Assembly: GCA_031551645.1 (NCBI GenBank)
Contig: JAVBNI010000001.1
Span: forward strand, 10,902 to 74,901
Source: Bacteroidales bacterium
GTDB lineage: Bacteria > Bacteroidota > Bacteroidia > Bacteroidales > UBA4181
Length of the DNA stretch: 64,000 bases
Direction: 5' to 3'
Shown here: positions 47,283-56,818 of the stretch, one piece after another
How positions within the stretch are numbered: position 1 is the first letter of the stretch
Layout: every line of letters begins with the position of its first letter
Notes under the pieces: generated by a model
What the model saw: the letters and a program-made list of their open reading frames with translations, nothing else
Databases searched by the model: none
Told to the model about the DNA's origin: nothing
Made by a program: the position numbers and the translations under genes

Positions 47283-47309
47283 AAGCCCCGTAAGGGGCTT
47301 TTTTGTTTT
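47283..47309 (+). terminator. Rho-independent terminator
   Basis: The sequence is gaagcccc-gtaa-ggggcttc-like: an 8-bp GC-rich stem (AAGCCCC/GGGGCTT) with a GTAA loop, followed by TTTTTGTTTT. Confidence 0.8.
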
Positions 47310-47330
47310 ACATGAATCTTGTCCACCAAA

Positions 47331-47768
47331 ATGTTAACTGACGAACACTGGATGCGGGAGGCGCTCAAGGAAGCGCATCAAGCCTTCGAAAAGGATGAAG
47401 TCCCTGTAGGTGCGGTCATTGTATCGGGAAACCGTATGATTGCACGGGCGCATAATCTTACCGAAACACTTACCGATGTGACTGCTCACGCCGAAATGCA
47501 GGTTATTACGGCTGCGACTTCCTACCTTGGCGGAAAATACCTGAAGGATTGTACACTTTATGTTACTCTCGAACCATGCATCATGTGCGCCGGAGCGCTC
47601 TTTTGGTCACAGATTACCCGTATTGTATATGGCGCGACAGATACCAAACGCGGATTTACGCTTAATCCCGTCTCGCCGCTACATCCGACAACTACAGTTA
47701 CACCCGGGATACTCGGAAATGAATGTGCAACATTATTGGTCGACTTTTTTAAGAAAAAACGAAAGTAA
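47331..47768 (+). CDS. tadA: tRNA adenosine(34) deaminase
   Basis: Zinc motifs HAEMQ and PCIMCAGA are present, and the size is about 145 aa. The ORF-track start at 47319 is a TTG, so I prefer the ATG at 47331 (MLTDEHWM...). Confidence 0.85.
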   Translation: MLTDEHWMREALKEAHQAFEKDEVPVGAVIVSGNRMIARAHNLTETLTDVTAHAEMQVITAATSYLGGKYLKDCTLYVTLEPCIMCAGALFWSQITRIVYGATDTKRGFTLNPVSPLHPTTTVTPGILGNECATLLVDFFKKKRK

Positions 47769-47901
47769 AAACCCGAACTATCGGCAAAGTATATGAGCGG
47801 TCATTTTCTGGATAGAATACACTGTCAACGCTTTTTATGATTTTTTCTATATTACTAATTTTGAAATGCTAAAAAACAGGCATTAAATTGATATTTAGCA
47901 C

Positions 47902-48140
47902 ATGACAAAATTTCTGTAAGGCTTGAAAAGCCCGATTTTCATAACCGCAGGTCAACGACCTGCAGAGAAGGCAACAGACAATTATTACCTGTAAGGCAAG
48001 ACGTATTCTTGTTCTATATGTCTTGCCTTTATAGGCAATGGCTATGTTAGTTATCAATCTGCAAATTGCGCTTCGCTTACTTGCGGTTATGAAAATCTTG
48101 CCTTTCAGGCATAGAATAAGGGATATCTAAATTTTGTCAT
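47902..48140. repeat. 240-bp nested inverted-repeat element
   Basis: The outer stem is atgacaaaattt (47902-47913) with aaattttgtcat (48129-48140), 12 bp. The second stem is gattttcataaccgca (47934-47949) with tgcggttatgaaaatc (48082-48097), 16 bp. Inner hairpins are gcaggtc-aac-gacctgc (47947-47963) and aaggcaagac...gtcttgcctt (47993-48029). Confidence 0.65.
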
Positions 48141-48346
48141 ATACTAAGAAACCGATAAAACATTCGTTCAAATATACTATTAGGAACCACTATCAACACT
48201 AAAGTCATGAAACAACTGAAACGTTAAAAAAGTTGGTATTGGAATAATACAACAATTCGTATCTTTGAGGTGAGAATTGTCATATTTTGCAAGAAATATT
48301 GACTCAAAATAATTCCTGAATATTTAAACAATTAAATTCATTTGTT

Positions 48347-49207
48347 ATGGACAAAAAAAATCACATTACGAGACGGCATTTTATTGCTGCTACAGGAGTA
48401 GCTGCAGGAGGTGCATTGATCAATCCTGATTCGGGTCTCAGTGCAGCCCCCTTCCAAAAACAGGATGTTTCGCCAAAAGCATCCAATATCGGTATGGAAG
48501 TTTTGAAAAATGTCTACCAAGTCGGGGGAAGTCTCAGCGGTATTACTTATACTACCGGCGATGCCAATTACGATGACTGCAACACGTACATCATGAAAAC
48601 GGCCAAAGGGCTGATCATGTTTGATTGCGGTTGTGGCGATACGCTGGAACAAATTTTCGGAAACATGTCATATTACGGTTTGAACCCGTCCGACATAAAG
48701 GCTTGTTTTATCACCCATCCGCACCTTGATCATGCGGGAGCTGCCTATCTACTGAAAAAGAGAGGTGTTGCGTTGTATGCCAGCAAAAGTACAGCAGACT
48801 CCATACAAGCGGGAGATGAAAGATGTTGTGGTTTTCTCTATCATAAAGTATTTACGCCATGTACTGTCGACCATGTTATGAGTGATGGAGAAACTGTTGA
48901 TGTGTTGGGGGTTAAGATTAAAGCTGTTCTGTTACCCGGGCATACTGCCGGATGTACGGCATTTATGTTTGATCACGACAATAGGCGTATCACAGTGAGC
49001 GGAGATGTTATAGGCACGTTGCTCGGCGGTTTCTTCGGTTGGAGTGGTTCTATCGATTTCAATAAGCCTGTCTACATCGAATCGTTGAAACGTTTTGCCA
49101 GAATGGATTTCGATGTGATGTTACCTGGTCATGGATTAATTTGTTATCACAAACCCAAACGCAGGTTAGAAGAAGTCCTGAACGAAGCATTAATGCAATG
49201 GCGGTAA
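48347..49207 (+). CDS. MBL-fold metallo-hydrolase with a Tat-type signal
   Basis: 286 aa. It has a twin-arginine leader (TRRHFIAATGVAAGGAL) and the HxHxDH motif (THPHLDHAG). Confidence 0.8.
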   Translation: MDKKNHITRRHFIAATGVAAGGALINPDSGLSAAPFQKQDVSPKASNIGMEVLKNVYQVGGSLSGITYTTGDANYDDCNTYIMKTAKGLIMFDCGCGDTLEQIFGNMSYYGLNPSDIKACFITHPHLDHAGAAYLLKKRGVALYASKSTADSIQAGDERCCGFLYHKVFTPCTVDHVMSDGETVDVLGVKIKAVLLPGHTAGCTAFMFDHDNRRITVSGDVIGTLLGGFFGWSGSIDFNKPVYIESLKRFARMDFDVMLPGHGLICYHKPKRRLEEVLNEALMQWR

Positions 49208-49245
49208 TATGGGGAAAAGGATAGGCACACCACGCCGGCAATAAT

Positions 49246-50631
49246 ATGTTGGACTTTACCGAAGGCAAGCCCTGGAAGCTACTGCTTCAATTTGCTATCC
49301 CGATGCTGATCGGGAATGTATTGATGCAGCTATACAATGTGGTTGACATTTACATTGTCGGTAACTACATCGGTACAGATGCCCTGGCTGCTGTAGGCGC
49401 TTCAAGTCCGGTATTGTTTGCTTTGGTATCGTTTATCATCGGTATAGCAACTGGTTGTACCATTATTATTTCCCAATATTTCGGGGCGAAAGATATTGCA
49501 AAGGTAAAACGTGCCATCGACACGGTGACCATCTTTGTGCTCGTCGCTGCCATATCGATTATGGTAGTGGGTCTGTTCTTGTGTGATCCTTTACTACGTC
49601 TGGTAAAAACGCCCAATGACGTATTCGAGGGTGCACGGATATTTCTACAAATCAGCCTTATTGGAATACTTCCTTTATTTGGCGTTAATTGTTTGAGCGC
49701 CATTTTACGGGGATTAGGCGATTCTAAAACACCGCTTTATTACATGATATTTTCCTCCATCCTGAATATCGTCTTAGTCATGATTTTCGTCCCGGTAATG
49801 GGTTGGGGAATTGCGGGAGCTGCCTGGGCAACAGTATTGGCACAATTGATTACCGTCATTGCCATGATTGTTTGGCTCAACAGGGCACATCCTATTATCA
49901 AGATTGCGGCACATCGACCCGTTTTCGATTATGGAATATTCCGTAACAGCGTACGTATCGGTCTGCCCAACGGTGTACAACAAGCTTTGGTGGCTGTCGG
50001 AATGATGGCGCTGTTACGTATTGTTAACAGGTTCGACAGCGATGTGCTGGCTGCCTATTCGGTAGCCAGCCGGATTGACTCGCTGGCGTCAGCCCCGGCC
50101 ATGACCTTTTCCATAGCCATTGCTGCTTTCGTGGGACAGAACGTGGGCGCTCAAAAGCAATATCGTGTTTCACACGGGTTGCGCGCAGCATTCAATATGG
50201 CAGCGATCATTTCTGTGATTATTTCCATTGTGGTCATACTGTTCGGACACATCATCATGCAATGGTTTGCTACCGAAGCCGAACCAAACGTAATTGCCAT
50301 CGGAGGTCGTTATTTGATGATTGTCGGGGCATTCTATATCATTTTCTCCACCATGTTTGTTATCAACGGGGTGATGCGTGGCGCCGGGGATACGCTGATT
50401 CCCATGTTTATTACCCTTTTATCACTTTGGTTGGTCCGGATACCGGTAGCTTCCATCCTTTCCGATCATCTTGGCCCTGACGGTATCTGGTGGTCCATCC
50501 CCATTGCCTGGAGCGTGGGAGCTTTGTGCGCCTTTCTATATTACCGGTCGGGACGATGGAAAACCAAAGGAGTAGTGAAACCTGTCGAACCGCCAATTGA
50601 ATCCCCGATGGATATTCCAGGTTCAATCTGA
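49246..50631 (+). CDS. MATE-family efflux transporter
   Basis: 461 aa with about 12 TM helices. The N-terminus is MATE-like (PWKLLLQFAIPMLIGNVLMQLYNVVDIYIVGNYIG). Confidence 0.85.
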   Translation: MLDFTEGKPWKLLLQFAIPMLIGNVLMQLYNVVDIYIVGNYIGTDALAAVGASSPVLFALVSFIIGIATGCTIIISQYFGAKDIAKVKRAIDTVTIFVLVAAISIMVVGLFLCDPLLRLVKTPNDVFEGARIFLQISLIGILPLFGVNCLSAILRGLGDSKTPLYYMIFSSILNIVLVMIFVPVMGWGIAGAAWATVLAQLITVIAMIVWLNRAHPIIKIAAHRPVFDYGIFRNSVRIGLPNGVQQALVAVGMMALLRIVNRFDSDVLAAYSVASRIDSLASAPAMTFSIAIAAFVGQNVGAQKQYRVSHGLRAAFNMAAIISVIISIVVILFGHIIMQWFATEAEPNVIAIGGRYLMIVGAFYIIFSTMFVINGVMRGAGDTLIPMFITLLSLWLVRIPVASILSDHLGPDGIWWSIPIAWSVGALCAFLYYRSGRWKTKGVVKPVEPPIESPMDIPGSI

Positions 50632-50657
50632 TTGTCGAATTCAACCATTATTGTATC

Positions 50658-51482
50658 ATGCGTAAATTAACCGGGTTTTTTATCATTTTTATCTGTATTA
50701 CAGTTCCGATTGACGCACAAATACGTTATACCCAGGATGATTCCACCGTATTTGAACGTTTTCTGCAATATTCGAAACAAGGGAATAACAGTATTATCCA
50801 TACAGCGCGTTTCTTTATGGATGTTCCATATGTCGGCGGCACTTTGGAAGGTGATTCTGTCGAACATCTGCGCGTCAATCTTCGTGAACTGGATTGTTTC
50901 ACCTTCATGGAAACTGTCATTGCTTTACACCTAATGCTGCAAAGTAAAGAACTTAGTTTCGAGCGGTTTTGCAATAATTTGCAATATATCCGTTATCGTG
51001 GGGGTATTCTCGACGGTTACCTCTCCCGGTTACATTACACCAGCGAATGGCTCAGCGACAATCAACACAAAGGCATACTCGATTTACCGGAACTTCCCTC
51101 CTGCCAGGTTTTTTCACCTAATATTTCATTCATGTCATCCCATTGCGACCTGTATCCGGCATTGAAGGCCCATCCTGCATGGTGCAAGGCAATATTGCAA
51201 ACAGAAACCGACATTAATAAATTGCAACTAACTTATATTCCGAAAGAACTGGTAAATGCGACATCACAAAACATACGCAATGGCGATATTATTGCCATTA
51301 CCACCCGTATCAAAGGATTGGATATTGCGCATGTAGGTTTTGCTTTGATCCGTGACAAAAAAGTATATTTGCTGCATGCTTCGTCTGAAGCAAAAAAAGT
51401 AATTATCAGCGATGAAACGTTATATGATTATTTGATGAACCGCAAAAACCATTCAGGAATTATTGTTGCAAGAATGAAGTAG
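50658..51482 (+). CDS. DUF1460 domain protein (amidase-like)
   Basis: 274 aa with a signal peptide and the motif LRVNLRELDCFTFMETVIAL, which I recall as typical of DUF1460. Confidence 0.6.
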   Translation: MRKLTGFFIIFICITVPIDAQIRYTQDDSTVFERFLQYSKQGNNSIIHTARFFMDVPYVGGTLEGDSVEHLRVNLRELDCFTFMETVIALHLMLQSKELSFERFCNNLQYIRYRGGILDGYLSRLHYTSEWLSDNQHKGILDLPELPSCQVFSPNISFMSSHCDLYPALKAHPAWCKAILQTETDINKLQLTYIPKELVNATSQNIRNGDIIAITTRIKGLDIAHVGFALIRDKKVYLLHASSEAKKVIISDETLYDYLMNRKNHSGIIVARMK

Positions 51483-51506
51483 AGACAGCGCGCGCGCCGT
51501 CTCTAC
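51479..51506. terminator. Hairpin overlapping the DUF1460 stop codon
   Basis: The sequence is gtagagac-agcgcgcgcgcc-gtctctac, an 8-bp stem. No U-run follows. Confidence 0.35.
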
Positions 51507-51621
51507 ATTAACGAGTTTACGCATAGAGACATCTCGTAAGTATAATATCTGGTATTTAAAAAATTTCTCATCGGCAACCGATTCAAAGATAAGCACATTT
51601 GAAACTCGATCATTTGACGCA

Positions 51622-51804
51622 GGAATTTCAGAATTCTTGTGTTTTTTTCATCGGCCGGCACAAGAATTTCAGAATTCTTCCTTTTTCCGGGACCAGAAAC
51701 TCCCGGAATTTGAAATTCTTCCGTTTTATGACATCGATTGAATCGGGAATTTCCGAATTCCCGGTTCTCGAATGTCCGGAAGCCTCCGAAATTTGAAAAT
51801 TTCG
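51622..51804. repeat. Five GAATT-type quasi-palindromes phased at 41-42 bp (degenerate 41-bp tandem repeat / hairpin array)
   Basis: The copies are ggaatttcagaattc (51622), agaatttcagaattc (51663), ggaatttgaaattc (51705), ggaatttccgaattc (51746) and cgaaatttgaaaatttcg (51787). Local hairpins include cgggaatt-tccg-aattcccg, ccgaaatt-tgaa-aatttcgg and ttccggga...tcccggaa. Confidence 0.7.
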
Positions 51805-51960
51805 GCAATGCGATATGAAGATATACGGTGAGATCGTTTACGCTAAGTTGCTTCATCACTCGTACCTCGACACGCTAATCAAATTTGCACATTTTCTTGT
51901 CATTGGTAGCGAAGTCGAGACATCTTTGGGTAGCATATCCGAGAATCGCCACGATAGACA

Positions 51961-52680
51961 TCAAAACCAGCTTGCATGATGTTTCTTCGTTTCTGATGCC
52001 AAGCTTTTTGCCTGCCCTCCAGTATGCTCATCAAGGCATTTCCAAAAACCCGGTCCATGATTTTTGTGTACCGTATGCGTCAATTCGTGCAGAATAACAT
52101 AATCGATAAGATGTGATGGCAACCGCATCAAATGGATGTTCAGGTTAATATGATTATCAGCAGAACAACTTCCCCAGCGGCTACTGAGATTTTTTACAGC
52201 CACACCACGATAGCGAAACCCGTGTTCCTTGGCTAATTGTTCCGTGCGCAACGGCAAATATGCTTTTGCTTCTTTTCTAATCGTTTCAGTGATATAGTGC
52301 CTGATGACCTCCTGCGCTTGGGCGGACTGTATATCAATCTCTTGAGGATAAAAAATATGTAGTTGGTCTTTAGTTACCTGTGCACGAAAGCGCTCCGACT
52401 TCCAGGGAATAAGTTGTAACTGATGATCATAAGTCGAAAAATTAACACCGGGCACAAAGGTCGTGAAAGTTCCCTCATGTTGTTCCATTTTCGATTTCGC
52501 CTTCAATATCCAATCCTTCTTTTCCTCTACGAAAGCTATCGCCTGCTTGATTGAGGTCCGGCGTGGAACGGTAACCCGTATTCCGCCAAATGGTTTCAGC
52601 GAAATACGGATATGCCGGGCTGTAGCGCTCGAAACAAATGTCACTTCTCCTATCTGTGGATAATGTATGGATTGTTCCAT
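51961..52680 (-). CDS. YgjP-like (DUF45) M48-related zinc metallopeptidase
   Basis: 239 aa. It has RWGSCSADNHINLN followed by the HExxH motif in YVILHELTHTVHKNHGPGFW. Confidence 0.8.
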   Translation of the reverse strand: MEQSIHYPQIGEVTFVSSATARHIRISLKPFGGIRVTVPRRTSIKQAIAFVEEKKDWILKAKSKMEQHEGTFTTFVPGVNFSTYDHQLQLIPWKSERFRAQVTKDQLHIFYPQEIDIQSAQAQEVIRHYITETIRKEAKAYLPLRTEQLAKEHGFRYRGVAVKNLSSRWGSCSADNHINLNIHLMRLPSHLIDYVILHELTHTVHKNHGPGFWKCLDEHTGGQAKSLASETKKHHASWF

Positions 52681-52762
52681 GTTTCGTCTATAATATAAGA
52701 AAAAGCCACCCGATCACTCTGGCAGCTTTTCCAAACTATCATTAACCTTAAAATCTTACAAC

Positions 52763-54025
52763 TTAATTTCCGAAATCGTCGAACGCCAACATTTCCTGCG
52801 GAACGCCGAGGTTGTCGAGCATCTTGATGACGGCGGCAGCCATCGGGCCGGGACCGCACATGTAATATTCGATATCTTCGGGCGCCTCGTGCTTGCTCAG
52901 GTAATTGTCGTAAATCACCTGGTGGATAAAGCCCACATAACCCGTCCAATTGTCTTCGGGACGCGGTTCGCTCAATGCGATATTGAACGTAAAATTCGGG
53001 AATTCCTTTTCGATAGCCCGGAAATCTTCTTCATAGAAGATCTCATTTTTAGAACGAGCACCATACCAGTACGACACCTTACGATCGGTTGTTTTCAACG
53101 TATGGAACAGGTGGAACAGGTGCGAACGCAACGGAGCCATACCGGCGCCGCCGCCGATGTATAACATTTCGCGTTTGGTATCCTTGATGAAGAATTCACC
53201 GTAAGGCCCGGAAACAGTCACCTTGTCACCCGGCTTACGCGAGAAAATGTATGACGAGCAAACCCCCGAAGGCACATTCGCCCAGTTGCATTTGGGCCTA
53301 TCCCACGGCGGTGTGGCGATACGAATATTCAGCATCACGATATTGCCTTCAGCCGGATGGTTGGCCATGGAGTACGCACGGTAAGTTTCCTCGGTATTGG
53401 TCATTTTCAAATCCCACAATTTGAATTTGTCCCACTCGGCGCGGAAACGTTCGTCGACGTCTATGTCCTTAAAATTCATACTGTATTGCGGCACATCAAT
53501 CTGGATGTATCCGCCCGACTTGAAATTGAGTTTCTCACCTTCGGGCAACTTCACCACAAACTCCTTGATGAACGAAGCCACATTCCGGTTCGATACTACT
53601 TCACATTCCCATTTCTTGATACCCATCACTTCTTCGGGCACATGTATCTTCATGTCATTGCGAACCTTCACCTGGCAACCCAAACGCCAATCCTGTTGTA
53701 TCTGTTTACGGGTAAAGAAACCCACTTCGGTAGGCAGGATCGTTCCACCGCCTTCCACTACCTGGCATTTACACATACCGCAAGTACCACCTCCACCGCA
53801 TGCCGACGGTAAGAAAATTTTCTGTGCCGACAAGGTTGCTAAAAGCGATGATCCTGGCGCAGCATCTACCTTATCTTCCCCTTCATTAATATCGATGGTT
53901 ACGTTTCCCAGGGGCACTAGTTTCTTTTTGGCATACAGCAATAATATAACCAAAAACAAAATGGCTATCAGGAATACAACCATGCTCGTGACGATAGTGG
54001 TCATTTGTGAGGCTAACAAAATCAT
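52763..54025 (-). CDS. nqrF: Na+-translocating NADH:quinone oxidoreductase subunit F
   Basis: 420 aa. It has an N-terminal TM helix, a [2Fe-2S] motif ([12 protein letters not shown]), FAD-binding RAYSMAN and NADH-binding GGGAGMAP. Confidence 0.95.
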   Translation of the reverse strand: MILLASQMTTIVTSMVVFLIAILFLVILLLYAKKKLVPLGNVTIDINEGEDKVDAAPGSSLLATLSAQKIFLPSACGGGGTCGMCKCQVVEGGGTILPTEVGFFTRKQIQQDWRLGCQVKVRNDMKIHVPEEVMGIKKWECEVVSNRNVASFIKEFVVKLPEGEKLNFKSGGYIQIDVPQYSMNFKDIDVDERFRAEWDKFKLWDLKMTNTEETYRAYSMANHPAEGNIVMLNIRIATPPWDRPKCNWANVPSGVCSSYIFSRKPGDKVTVSGPYGEFFIKDTKREMLYIGGGAGMAPLRSHLFHLFHTLKTTDRKVSYWYGARSKNEIFYEEDFRAIEKEFPNFTFNIALSEPRPEDNWTGYVGFIHQVIYDNYLSKHEAPEDIEYYMCGPGPMAAAVIKMLDNLGVPQEMLAFDDFGN

Positions 54026-54064
54026 TGTCTATAATCTTTGAATTTTTGAATTTGGAATCTTGAA

Positions 54065-54682
54065 TTACAATTTAATCCCCATGAAACTCATAAATGCAAT
54101 AGCCATCAGGCCGGTAGTGATGAACGTAATGCCAAGGCCTTTGAGAGGCTCGGGAATTTGCGAATAACTCATCTTTTCGCGGATGGCAGCCAAACCAATG
54201 ATCGCCAACCACCAACCGATGCCGGAACCGAGTGCGTATGAAGTAGCTTCGCCGATATTGAGGAACTCGCGCTCCTGCATGAACAGCGATGCCCCCATGA
54301 TGGCGCAGTTTACTGCAATTAACGGGAGGAAAATACCCAACGATGAATAAAGCGCCGGGGCAAACTTTTCAACAACCATTTCCACCAATTGCACCATGGC
54401 GGCGATAACGGCAATGAACATGATAAAACTCAGGAAGCTGAGGTCTACGTCAGCGAACGAAGAGCCTAACCATGACAACGCACCGGCTTTCAGTATATAG
54501 TTTTCCAACAAATAGTTGACCGGAACAGTAATCAACAACACGAAAGTAACTGCGATCCCAAGCCCCATCGATGTTTTCACCGTTTTGGATACTGCCAGGT
54601 ACGAACACATACCCAGGAAGTATGCAAAAATCATGTTGTCGATAAAAATCGACTTGATAAAAATGTTAACTATATTTTCCAT
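54065..54682 (-). CDS. nqrE: Na+-NQR subunit E
   Basis: A polytopic RnfA/NqrE-like protein. I place the start at the ATG at 54682 ([26 protein letters not shown]...) rather than the ORF-track start at 54736, which adds 18 atypical residues. Confidence 0.9.
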   Translation of the reverse strand: MENIVNIFIKSIFIDNMIFAYFLGMCSYLAVSKTVKTSMGLGIAVTFVLLITVPVNYLLENYILKAGALSWLGSSFADVDLSFLSFIMFIAVIAAMVQLVEMVVEKFAPALYSSLGIFLPLIAVNCAIMGASLFMQEREFLNIGEATSYALGSGIGWWLAIIGLAAIREKMSYSQIPEPLKGLGITFITTGLMAIAFMSFMGIKL

Positions 54683-54757
54683 TCTTTTTAATTGTATATT
54701 GTTGATTGAAAATTGAATATTACAGCCAACATGCAATATTCATTAATCAATATTCAA

Positions 54758-55384
54758 TTATTTCTTCGCTTCCTTCGTATTTGCCCTTTGTATCCAGATA
54801 ATCACACCCACAATGATCAATGCCATCGGTGGGAGGATGATCAGGTTGTTGTTGTGGTAACCAAAATCGTAGAATGCCTGAGGTATGATTTTAATTCCCA
54901 GCAAGGTGCCCGAACCGAGCAACTCGCGCACGAAAGCCACGATCACCAGGATCAGTCCGTAACCAGCGCCACTTCCAATACCGTCCAGGAACGAGGGCCA
55001 CGGCTTGTTGGCCATAGCAAAAGCTTCCAAACGGCCCATGATGATACAGTTGGTAATGATCAACCCCACGAATACTGACAATTGCTTGCTCACATCGTAG
55101 GCATAAGCCTTCAATATCTGGTCGACAATAATTACCAATGCGGCAATCACCACTAATTGCACAATGATACGGATACTATTGGGTATAAAGTTACGAATGC
55201 TCGATATAATCAGGTTTGAGAATCCCGTTACGGCTGTCACCGACAAGGCCATCACCAATGCAGGTTCGAGTTTCACCGTTACGGCCAACGCCGAACAAAT
55301 CCCCAATACCTGTATCGTCACCGGGTTGTTGGTGATGATGGGTTCGAATAACGGTTTAAGTTTTTTTGATGAAAATACGCTCAT
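54758..55384 (-). CDS. nqrD: Na+-NQR subunit D
   Basis: 208 aa, a polytopic RnfE/NqrD-like protein ([18 protein letters not shown]). Its position between nqrC and nqrE fits. Confidence 0.9.
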   Translation of the reverse strand: MSVFSSKKLKPLFEPIITNNPVTIQVLGICSALAVTVKLEPALVMALSVTAVTGFSNLIISSIRNFIPNSIRIIVQLVVIAALVIIVDQILKAYAYDVSKQLSVFVGLIITNCIIMGRLEAFAMANKPWPSFLDGIGSGAGYGLILVIVAFVRELLGSGTLLGIKIIPQAFYDFGYHNNNLIILPPMALIIVGVIIWIQRANTKEAKK

Positions 55385-55386
55385 TT

Positions 55387-56091
55387 TCAGTTCGATTTAT
55401 GTTGTGAAAAATAAGTCTGGTAAGGTTCGAGGCTGTTAAACATCATCGCTTCAAGTCCCTTGCTGGTGATGGTTCCGCCCGAAATAGCGTCCACTGTGTG
55501 ATCGTCAGGCATATAAGTCCCAATTTTTTCCACTTTTATGGAAACGAACTTGTTCGAGCTGTCGAACAATTTTTTGTTTTGAAACTGATGTTCAAAGGGA
55601 GTGGTATTGATTTCCGCTCCCAAACCCGGCGTTTCGCCTTTATGGTCAAACGTAGTACCATACACCGTGTTCATATCGTTTGCCACAGCAACATTGCCCC
55701 AAATCGGTCCCCATAATCCCGTTCCCCTTACGGGAATCACCACAAACGACTTACCATCCTTTTCGGCAAGATATACCGGTAATAAACGTTCATTTTCAGG
55801 CTTTGCATTTTCTTTTTTCAGGTCGATCTTTTCGGGCGTTTCGCCGCTCACCGTGCTGCCATCGGCTTTGATCACAATACCTTGCTTGATGTATTGCGGG
55901 TATTTCGTCAACACGTCAGCCGGGGTCGATTCCACACCCAGAGCAGCCAAAATATTTTGTTGGCGCTCGATTTCGATATTCTCTTGCTGCTTATCCGCCA
56001 ACGAAAGTGATGTAAAGGATAAGGCTGCTGCCACCAACAGCACCAGCGCCGAAGAGAAGCAAAATATATACAGATTACTAAATTGTTTCAT
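55387..56091 (-). CDS. nqrC: Na+-NQR subunit C
   Basis: 234 aa with a single N-terminal TM helix and the FMN attachment motif [12 protein letters not shown]. Confidence 0.9.
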   Translation of the reverse strand: MKQFSNLYIFCFSSALVLLVAAALSFTSLSLADKQQENIEIERQQNILAALGVESTPADVLTKYPQYIKQGIVIKADGSTVSGETPEKIDLKKENAKPENERLLPVYLAEKDGKSFVVIPVRGTGLWGPIWGNVAVANDMNTVYGTTFDHKGETPGLGAEINTTPFEHQFQNKKLFDSSNKFVSIKVEKIGTYMPDDHTVDAISGGTITSKGLEAMMFNSLEPYQTYFSQHKSN

Positions 56092-56134
56092 TTTTATCTT
56101 GTTACAATTCTTTCTTAATATTTAATTCTTCATA

Positions 56135-56491
56135 TTATGACTCATACGTTTGTTCAATATCGCCAAGCAACTTGTCAACACCCACTCTAAGTTTAGGCAG
56201 GTGGTAGATTACGATGCCCCAAACGGTTTCGTTGCTTACATTATCGTAGGCGTGAATGACCCGATTGCGTAAACTCACTATTTTCCTTGCATTGTCAATG
56301 ACAATACTTGAATCAAGTTGAAGAATCTTGCTTACAGCTTCGCCTATAATCTCCAATTCACGCTCTACGGAACGGCGCAATTGTTTGTTTGCCATATATG
56401 TGTCAAAATTACGCTGTTCGCCCAAATACTCATAGATGGAATCAATCGAGGTACGAATATCAAACAAATATTTTTGAATTTTAAGCAGCAT
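56135..56491 (-). CDS. hepT: HepT-like (DUF86) toxin of a type VII toxin-antitoxin pair
   Basis: 118 aa. The Rx4HxY motif is present (LRNRVIHAYDNV). It overlaps the upstream NTase gene by 11 bp. Confidence 0.8.
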   Translation of the reverse strand: MLLKIQKYLFDIRTSIDSIYEYLGEQRNFDTYMANKQLRRSVERELEIIGEAVSKILQLDSSIVIDNARKIVSLRNRVIHAYDNVSNETVWGIVIYHLPKLRVGVDKLLGDIEQTYES

Positions 56492-56789
56492 ATATCAGCT
56501 GTTTTGTTTGTTCGATACTGCGGATAAAATAGGGATTGGTCAACGTTTTTTCGACAACTAAATCTACATTTCGACCGAAAAGTTCTTCAAGTTCGAACAT
56601 CAGGTCAAAATAATTGTCGGCATATTCATTCAAACCAACATCATTCCGAAATGAGATCAAGAAGTCGATATCGCTGTTTTCATTGAAAGCATCGGTATTC
56701 GCCGACCCAAATACATACATCGTCGTCACGCGATACTTTTTACAAAGCACCATTACTTGCGGAATTTTATCTGCTATAATGCGTTTCAT
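56481..56789 (-). CDS. mntA: MntA-like minimal nucleotidyltransferase antitoxin
   Basis: The GSx10DxD motif is present (FGSANTDAFNENSDIDF). The ORF-track start at 56795 is a TTG, so I prefer the ATG at 56789 (MKRIIADK...). Confidence 0.8.
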   Translation of the reverse strand: MKRIIADKIPQVMVLCKKYRVTTMYVFGSANTDAFNENSDIDFLISFRNDVGLNEYADNYFDLMFELEELFGRNVDLVVEKTLTNPYFIRSIEQTKQLIYAA

Positions 56790-56818
56790 TCTCAATTCTC
56801 AATTCTCAATTCTCAATT
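56788..56818 (-). repeat. Tandem heptamer array (GAATTGA/AATTGAG x4 on the coding strand) filling the nqrB-mntA junction
   Basis: The minus strand reads ...GTCAGTAAT TGA gaattgagaattgagaattgaga ATG. The nqrB stop codon (56813-56815) is the first TGA of the array, and the mntA ATG (56787-56789) directly follows the last unit. Confidence 0.8.

Noticed and set aside
47869-48057. 62-aa minus-strand ORF between tadA and the MBL gene
   Set aside because: It lies wholly within the nested inverted-repeat element, so its sequence is dictated by the hairpin arms. There is no signal or motif.
51622-51804. Possible miniature CRISPR array (regularly spaced repeats)
   Set aside because: The repeat cores are only about 15 bp and are degenerate, the period is 41 bp, the 'spacers' share sequence with each other, and no cas genes or leader are nearby. 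It is better described as a degenerate tandem repeat or hairpin array.
51503-51859. 118-aa (minus) and 65-aa (plus) ORFs in the DUF1460/YgjP intergenic region
   Set aside because: They translate the 41-bp GAATT repeat array into repetitive peptides (..EFQNS.., ..RNSRNLKFF..). There is no start context or family resemblance, so I treat the region as non-coding repeat.
53357-54041. Plus-strand ORFs of 151 and 214 aa opposite nqrF
   Set aside because: nqrF is securely identified on the minus strand by its 2Fe-2S, FAD and NADH motifs. The antisense products are featureless.
54683-54736. 18-codon N-terminal extension of NqrE in the ORF track ([18 protein letters not shown])
   Set aside because: The extension translates the repeat-rich nqrD-nqrE spacer. 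The internal ATG at 54682 gives the conserved NqrE N-terminus.
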